Source of the DNA: Acaryochloridaceae cyanobacterium VAR_48_metabat_390
GTDB lineage: Bacteria > Cyanobacteriota > Cyanobacteriia > Thermosynechococcales > Thermosynechococcaceae
NCBI GenBank assembly: GCA_031422435.1
Contig: JANPLU010000028.1
Span: forward strand, 1-14,148
DNA length: 14,148 nucleotides
Reading direction: 5' to 3'
Below the pieces are notes generated by a model. The model made no database searches, had not been told where the DNA came from, and saw only the letters and a program-made list of their open reading frames with translations. Of the stretch, positions 8,644 to 14,148 are shown in pieces. The position numbers and the translations under genes are program-made. Numbering within the stretch: the first letter of the stretch is position 1; the number at the start of each line of letters is the position of its first letter.

Positions 8644-9672
8644 TTGAGTGCAGAACTACCCGCTGTTTGGAGCAAAATCCAGGGGATGGGAAATGATTTC
8701 ATCATTTTATTGCCTAACCTTGTGTTGGCGCTCATTGTCTTCGCAATTTTCTTTTTTATTGCCAGAACCCTCAAACGAGTCGTTAAGCAAATTACGCGCT
8801 CTCACCGTCAAGCTCGTAATTTGGGACTGGTGCTAGGGCGATTGGCACAAGGAACAACTATTTTAGTGGGCTTATTTATTGCGCTATCCATCGTAATCCC
8901 ATCGCTTAAAGCCAGCGATCTGGTACAGCTACTCGGAATCAGTGGTGTCGCGATCGGCTTTGCGTTTCGAGATATTTTACAAAACTTTCTGGCGGGTATT
9001 TTAATTCTATTAACTGAACCCTTTCAAATTGACGATCAGATTGTCTTCAAAGGTTTTGAGGGAACTGTAGAACAGATTCAAACACGAGCGACCATGATTA
9101 GAACTTACGATGGTCGGCGCATCGTTATCCCAAACTCCGAGCTATTTACGAATTCTGTCACGGTTAATACTGCGTTTGAGCATCGCCGTTTGCAGTATGA
9201 CATTGGCATTGGCTACGGTGATGATATTGACGAAGCACGACGGCTCATTCTAGAGGCCATACATGAAATAGATGGGGTTTTAGAAACTCCTGCTCCTGAT
9301 GCGATCGTGGTTGAATTGGCAGGCAGCACTGTCAATATTCGCGCTCGCTGGTGGGTGCAACCACCCCGTCGTGCCGATGTATTAGACATGCAAGATCGAG
9401 TGTTGACTAACATTAAAAATACGCTGACGGCAAATGGCATCGATCTGCCCTTTCCGACACAGCAAATTCTCTTTCATGACCAGACCGAAGCAACGGATGG
9501 CGATCGCGATCGTCAGCGGGAAGGCTGGCCTGCTGGCAATGGTGAAGTTCCAAAATCGCGCAGCATTAGCAACACCCTGAAGCAGCTTACCGAAATCAAG
9601 TCTCAACATCATGGCCTTGAGGATGGCGATAAAACCTCAGCGAGTCAAAATATTGCTCAAAACAGCCCATGA
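8644..9672 (+). CDS. MscS-family small-conductance mechanosensitive channel
   Basis: TM3 LLGISGVAIGFAFRDILQNFLAGILIL, beta domain PFQIDDQI…GTVEQIQTRATMIRTYDGRRIVIPNSEL, and C-terminal IGIGYGDD…GIDLPFP. The start is uncertain: TTG 8644 after GGCAGG, or TTG 8629. Confidence 0.93.
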   Translation: MSAELPAVWSKIQGMGNDFIILLPNLVLALIVFAIFFFIARTLKRVVKQITRSHRQARNLGLVLGRLAQGTTILVGLFIALSIVIPSLKASDLVQLLGISGVAIGFAFRDILQNFLAGILILLTEPFQIDDQIVFKGFEGTVEQIQTRATMIRTYDGRRIVIPNSELFTNSVTVNTAFEHRRLQYDIGIGYGDDIDEARRLILEAIHEIDGVLETPAPDAIVVELAGSTVNIRARWWVQPPRRADVLDMQDRVLTNIKNTLTANGIDLPFPTQQILFHDQTEATDGDRDRQREGWPAGNGEVPKSRSISNTLKQLTEIKSQHHGLEDGDKTSASQNIAQNSP

Positions 9673-10997
9673 AATATGCAAAGTTAGCCAAACTGTGGAA
9701 TTCACTCCATTCCAGTTTCTGGTTTGTCCCAACTCTGATGGTTGTGCTGGCAATTGGGCTTTCGTTTCTCACTATTGGAATTGACCAGAAGCGAGAAGCC
9801 GACATTATTGGAGAATTGGGCTGGGCTTATTCTCTTGGCCCTAACGGTTCGCGCGCCATTCTTTCCGCGATCGCGGGTTCAATGGTCAGCGTTGCGACCA
9901 CGGCTTTTTCGATTACCATTGTGGCGCTCCAGCTTGCGTCTTCTCAGTTTGGTCCCCGCCTGCTGCGTAATTTTATGCAAGACACGGGCAACCAAGTGGT
10001 GCTGGGAACCTTCATCTCTACGTTTGTCTATAGCCTGATGGTGCTACGAACGATTAATGGAGTGGAAAAAAATGAGTTTGTGCCCCATCTAGCAGTCACG
10101 ATTGGTATTGGACTGGCGATCGCCAGCATTGGTGTATTAATTTACTTCATTCATCATTCCGCCGCATCAATTCAGGTCGATCAGGTTGTCAAAAGAGTGG
10201 GGCGCGACCTTGATGATTCGATTGATCGGCTCTTTCCTGAAAGGATTGGATGCAGTTCATCAAAGCAGCAGCAGAGCATCGCCGATATTTCAGCCGATTT
10301 TGAGCGGGTTGGTGGTTCAATCAAGGCTACAGCCAATGGCTATATTCAAGGCATTGATGATAATCAACTGATGCAGCTTGCGATCGCGAACGATCTGTTA
10401 TTGCAGGTTCAGCAGCGCCCCGGTCGCTTTGTGGTACGCGGGAGTGAACTTGTCCGAATTCTTCCTGAAGCAAAGGTGAATAAACCGCTTTCTGCCAAAA
10501 TAAACAATGCATTTGTTTTGGGTTCACAGCGCACAGCGCAGCAGGATATGGAATTTTCGATCAACCAACTGGTTGAGATTGCGGTGCGCGCACTCTCTCC
10601 AGGCATCAACGATCCGTTTACTGCCATCCGCTGCATCGACCAACTTAGCGCTGCCCTTTGTCATTTAGCGCAAAGAGAAATTCCTGCTGCTGATCGCTAC
10701 GATTCCGAGGGTCAGCTTCGCATCATCGCTGAACCCCTTGCGTTTGAAGATGTAACAGATACTGCCTTCAACCAAATTCGGCAGTATGGCCGTTCGAGTG
10801 TAGCGGTCACAGTACGCCTATTAGAGGCGATCGCCATGATTTCGCTCTTTACTCACCGAGCCAAAGATCGAGCAGCACTTTTGCGCCATGCCGAGATGAT
10901 TGAGCGCGGTAGTCAAGAAGGAATTGTGGAGGAGTTAGATCGCAAAGATGTGAAAGAGCGATATCTTGCTGCGGTGAAAGGGATCAAGCAGTCCTAA
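9669..10997 (+). CDS. DUF2254-type predicted membrane protein
   Basis: 442 aa with SSFWFVP, AILSAIAGSM…FSITIVALQLASSQFGPRLLRNF, QVVLGTF and QLVEIAVRALSPGINDPFTAIRCIDQL, as I recall for DUF2254 proteins. ATGA overlap with the MscS stop. Confidence 0.82.
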   Translation: MKYAKLAKLWNSLHSSFWFVPTLMVVLAIGLSFLTIGIDQKREADIIGELGWAYSLGPNGSRAILSAIAGSMVSVATTAFSITIVALQLASSQFGPRLLRNFMQDTGNQVVLGTFISTFVYSLMVLRTINGVEKNEFVPHLAVTIGIGLAIASIGVLIYFIHHSAASIQVDQVVKRVGRDLDDSIDRLFPERIGCSSSKQQQSIADISADFERVGGSIKATANGYIQGIDDNQLMQLAIANDLLLQVQQRPGRFVVRGSELVRILPEAKVNKPLSAKINNAFVLGSQRTAQQDMEFSINQLVEIAVRALSPGINDPFTAIRCIDQLSAALCHLAQREIPAADRYDSEGQLRIIAEPLAFEDVTDTAFNQIRQYGRSSVAVTVRLLEAIAMISLFTHRAKDRAALLRHAEMIERGSQEGIVEELDRKDVKERYLAAVKGIKQS

Positions 10998-11157
10998 TTT
11001 AGGAGCTGTGGGTCAAATGCATCTGTAGATTAAGGTTGATGACGATACAGCCAAGCATAGTCTCGTAATACATAGCCTACGCCCCAAAGAGTATGAACGA
11101 GGTGTAACGGAGAATAGTCACGACTGCTAGTCTATGGATTGTTGGTTAGGAAATGTC

Positions 11158-12912
11158 ATGCAAGGGTTGATGATAGTAACGGCGATCGCTCGGTTACGCG
11201 ACTGGTTTGCCCAAAATTTGGGGGTAAACACCGCTCGCAAAGAACAGGTCTACCTAGACATTGCTCAGTCTGTAACACTGACCGATACCAGCTATTGGAT
11301 TCAGGTGTTGTTTTCCGCTGGTATCGCCACGCTGGGTCTCGTGTTGAATAGTCCAGCCGTGATCATCGGCGCAATGCTAATTTCACCTTTGATGGGGAGT
11401 ATTTTGGCCAATGGGCTGGCGCTAGCCACCGGAGATGTGACCTTGGCGTTGCGAGCCATTATGAATCTGATTTTGAGCTGTGGGCTGGCGATTGCCTTTG
11501 CGGTTCTGTTGGCATTGATGCTGCCTTTTAAGGAAATGACTAGCGAAATTTTGGCTAGAACTCAGCCTAATCTGCTGGACTTACTCATTGCTCTATTCTC
11601 TGGAGCTGTGGGAGCTGTGGCAATTTGTAAGGAGCCTAAAGGTATTGCAACCTCTATTCCAGGCGTTTCAATTGCGGTAGCGCTGATGCCGCCCTTGTGT
11701 GTTGTGGGCTATGGGATTGGAATGTCCGTGACCCTCAGTCCTGGGACTGGATTAGCGGTAGCACGCGGGGGCGGACTGCTGTTTTTTACCAACTTTGTCG
11801 CCATTACGTTTATGGCAATGCTCGTGTTTCTGGCGTTGCACATGGATACCGATCCGGTGCGTGAACGAGTGCGGGTATGGCGGGAAAGCGATCGCCAAAG
11901 TATTTGGGTTCAGTCGCTGCTCAATCAGGTGCCAGCCTCTAGGCAATTTAAGCGGATCGGCAGTTTACCGAGTCGCCTGCTGCTGATTGTGATGGCGATT
12001 GTGTTGGTTTCGATTCCCCTGAATCAATCTTATCGTCAGCTTCGCAGTGAAATTAGCAGCAAACAGCAAGAGAATCGACTGCGGAATGCTGCAACAGAGA
12101 TTTGGCAAAAGACCTTTGCCAGCTTTGTGGACGGCAAAACGCGATCGTACATCAGTCAACTCTCGCTGCAAGAGCAGGATCGTCAACTTGTAGCCCAACT
12201 TCAGGTGGTAACGAGCAAAATTTACACTGAAGCTGAGCGAGAGCAATATAGACAGCGACTGGCGGTAAAGTTGCTGCGACCATCAGACTCTATTGCTCTC
12301 AATCTGATTCAGATTCCTACAGCTTCTAGCGATCTATTGCGGAGAATTCCAGAAGAAATCAAGCCAACGCCACCCCCTAGCCTTTCTGAATTGCAAGCCA
12401 GCTTTTTGAGGGATATCGGGTCTATGCTCGATTCTCTGCTATTGCCAATCTCTGCCCAACTCGTGAGCTATGAAGCGGGTGCTAGCCCAGAGGAGCCGTT
12501 TAAGATTCAGCTTATTTACTTGAGTCAACGGGACATTGACCGCGATGGGCAGGCACTGCTTGTGCAGGACATCCGTAGGAAGCTAAATGACCCTACCGTT
12601 CAGGTCAATTTCAAGCGACTTGCACCCCTTGCGGTCACGGTGACTTTTGGGTTGAATCAAGCTGAAATTCCATCCGTCCAAACTCAACGACTGGATCAGC
12701 TGGGTCAACTGGTGCAGAACTATCCGAGATTACGGATTGAAATGACTTCTGGGCAAACGGTCTCTGAAATTGGCACAATCGCTCAAGCGCGATCGCAGGC
12801 CATCCAAAACTATCTACAAACGCAATGGCAAATTCAGCCTGATCGCTACGGGATTAAAATAGAGACAGAATCAAACCCCATTATCCAACTGAGCACTACT
12901 TTGTTGCGTTGA
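11158..12912 (+). CDS. DUF389 (TIGR00341-like) membrane protein with a long soluble C-terminal region ending in a putative OmpA-like domain
   Basis: Motifs IATLGLVLNSPAVIIGAMLISPLMG, EILARTQPNLLDLLIALFSG, IPGVSIAVALMPPL and LLFFTNFVAI are characteristic of DUF389. The start may be ATG 11134, 11158 or 11170. Confidence 0.85.
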   Translation: MQGLMIVTAIARLRDWFAQNLGVNTARKEQVYLDIAQSVTLTDTSYWIQVLFSAGIATLGLVLNSPAVIIGAMLISPLMGSILANGLALATGDVTLALRAIMNLILSCGLAIAFAVLLALMLPFKEMTSEILARTQPNLLDLLIALFSGAVGAVAICKEPKGIATSIPGVSIAVALMPPLCVVGYGIGMSVTLSPGTGLAVARGGGLLFFTNFVAITFMAMLVFLALHMDTDPVRERVRVWRESDRQSIWVQSLLNQVPASRQFKRIGSLPSRLLLIVMAIVLVSIPLNQSYRQLRSEISSKQQENRLRNAATEIWQKTFASFVDGKTRSYISQLSLQEQDRQLVAQLQVVTSKIYTEAEREQYRQRLAVKLLRPSDSIALNLIQIPTASSDLLRRIPEEIKPTPPPSLSELQASFLRDIGSMLDSLLLPISAQLVSYEAGASPEEPFKIQLIYLSQRDIDRDGQALLVQDIRRKLNDPTVQVNFKRLAPLAVTVTFGLNQAEIPSVQTQRLDQLGQLVQNYPRLRIEMTSGQTVSEIGTIAQARSQAIQNYLQTQWQIQPDRYGIKIETESNPIIQLSTTLLR

Positions 12913-13226
12913 TGAAATTAACTTTTCTACCATCAGATCTCATGACTTAAATATAGATACAAAGTCAGTCAGTAAACCACCCTAGTTAGCTCTGATAATG
13001 TTCTAGTTTACTTATGCTCTAGGAGGATGGAATTTAGCCACCCACTACATTTCTTGTCTATGATGCTGTTTAGTTTGATGGAGTCGTTGATTGATATCCA
13101 TGATTGAGACTGCTTAAACGTCAATACTTTGAGCTTAAAGTCTCAGCCTTCCTTGTGGATATTTTTCCGTCAAACTCATTTTCAATTTAGTCTTTTTTCC
13201 AAAGTAGGTTTCTCTTTTTCATGAAT

Positions 13227-14078
13227 TTAACGGGGAGAGGGGAAGAAGAGTACTGGACACCAGCTAAGGCGAAGTAACTCTGCTGTAAAACTCGAAAAAA
13301 TCCACTCCTGAAATTTCCCGATTGTTCCACTAGACACAGTGATCGCGCTAATTTCATCCATTTGAGCCAGCTCTAAAATCTCGGAGAGCGGAGTTCCTCG
13401 GCGTAAGTCTATTGTTACCTGTAAATTTGATGTCTCTAGATCGACTTTTGCTTCGGACAGAATGTTGCGCTCTGTCTGCGTAGGTACGCTATTTGTAACC
13501 CAACAGAGTATACAGCGCTCTAGAAAACGACCAGCTTGTTTTTGAGCCAACTGCTTGACCTGTTTTAACAGAAAATTTGAAGCTTCGGAGCCATCGTAGG
13601 GAATCAGTACATAGCGCAACAGATGCTGACACCGGAGCGTTAACTCCTCAGTCGTAAAAGCAGCAATTAACTGAGGACGGAGGATCAAGAGCGGGATAGT
13701 CGTTCGCCGAGATAACTCAGACATCGTGCTTCCCCTCAGCATGTCGATAAGTGAGTTATGAGTCTGGGAACCCAGCACAATCAATTCAGATTGATAGCTT
13801 TGAGCAACCTTAAGAATCGTCTGAACGGGGTTCCCTGATTCCACCTCAATTTTGACTTCTACCGTAGCGGGACTATTTTTAACTGCGGCTGTTAGTCGCG
13901 CTTGAGATTGTTCTACTTTCTTGCTATCAATCTTAGGAATAATGCCTGTTTCTGAGAGAGGGACGACATGGAGAAAAACAATTTGCTTTATCCCTCCCTC
14001 TGATAGACTGGCCGCAAAGTCTGCGAGACGATGTAAACCATCGCCAAAATCTGTACAAATTAAAATCCTTTCAAACAT
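13227..14078 (-). CDS. Universal stress protein with two tandem USP domains
   Basis: Domain 1: MFERILICTDF…LHVV…GNPVQTILKVA…LIVLGSQ…GST…PLLIL. Domain 2: VLIPYDGSEAS…GTPLSEILELA…SSFTAELLRLSWCPVLFF. Confidence 0.92.
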   Translation of the reverse strand: MFERILICTDFGDGLHRLADFAASLSEGGIKQIVFLHVVPLSETGIIPKIDSKKVEQSQARLTAAVKNSPATVEVKIEVESGNPVQTILKVAQSYQSELIVLGSQTHNSLIDMLRGSTMSELSRRTTIPLLILRPQLIAAFTTEELTLRCQHLLRYVLIPYDGSEASNFLLKQVKQLAQKQAGRFLERCILCWVTNSVPTQTERNILSEAKVDLETSNLQVTIDLRRGTPLSEILELAQMDEISAITVSSGTIGKFQEWIFSSFTAELLRLSWCPVLFFPSPR

Positions 14079-14148
14079 AAATACCTACCTAAGAAAACCG
14101 TTTTAACTCAAAATACGTTTAATATCGAGCACTGGGTAATACCCAAAG

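Larger units (their letters stand above)
386..12796. repeat. HIP1 octamer GCGATCGC, 14 dispersed exact copies
   Basis: Counted by eye at 386, 1559, 3103, 5938, 6310, 7589, 9500, 9867, 10116, 10380, 10827, 11182, 11888 and 12789, far above the chance expectation of less than 1 per window. Confidence 0.9.

Noticed and set aside
8574..8646. Imperfect palindrome CTAAC-TTCT-GATAG and a mini ORF ATG-TTT-TGA (8639-8647) at the mscS start
   Set aside because: Both are too short to distinguish from chance, and there is no convincing second copy.
1..14148. CRISPR arrays, transposases, integrases, toxin-antitoxin or defence genes, NtcA boxes
   Set aside because: I found no regularly spaced repeats, no mobile-element or nuclease motifs, and no clean intergenic GTA-N8-TAC on reading.

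Overview
Cyanobacterial chromosomal window, supported by 14 exact HIP1 octamers (GCGATCGC), cyanobacterial-type GlgC and NusG, and the cyanobacterial gene order. The left half (minus strand) is housekeeping: rplS-trnW(CCA)-secE-nusG-rplK-rplA-rplJ-rplL, then a terminator and glgC. It contains an L1-binding RNA site before rplA and an L10 leader with a terminator/antiterminator before rplJ. A GFA/CENP-V gene and ftsW are divergent in the middle. The right half is a co-oriented four-gene membrane cluster: (1) a 6-TM voltage-sensor channel whose filter reads TTMGSD instead of TVGYGD and which has a very long S4, (2) an MscS channel, (3) a DUF2254-type protein coupled to MscS by an ATGA overlap, and (4) a DUF389-type protein apparently fused to a degenerate OmpA-like C-terminal domain. 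A tandem universal stress protein gene converges on the cluster. This cluster is the best candidate for an uncharacterised system, possibly osmotic/ion homeostasis or mechano-electrical. All family calls are by-eye motif recognition; no searches were run.
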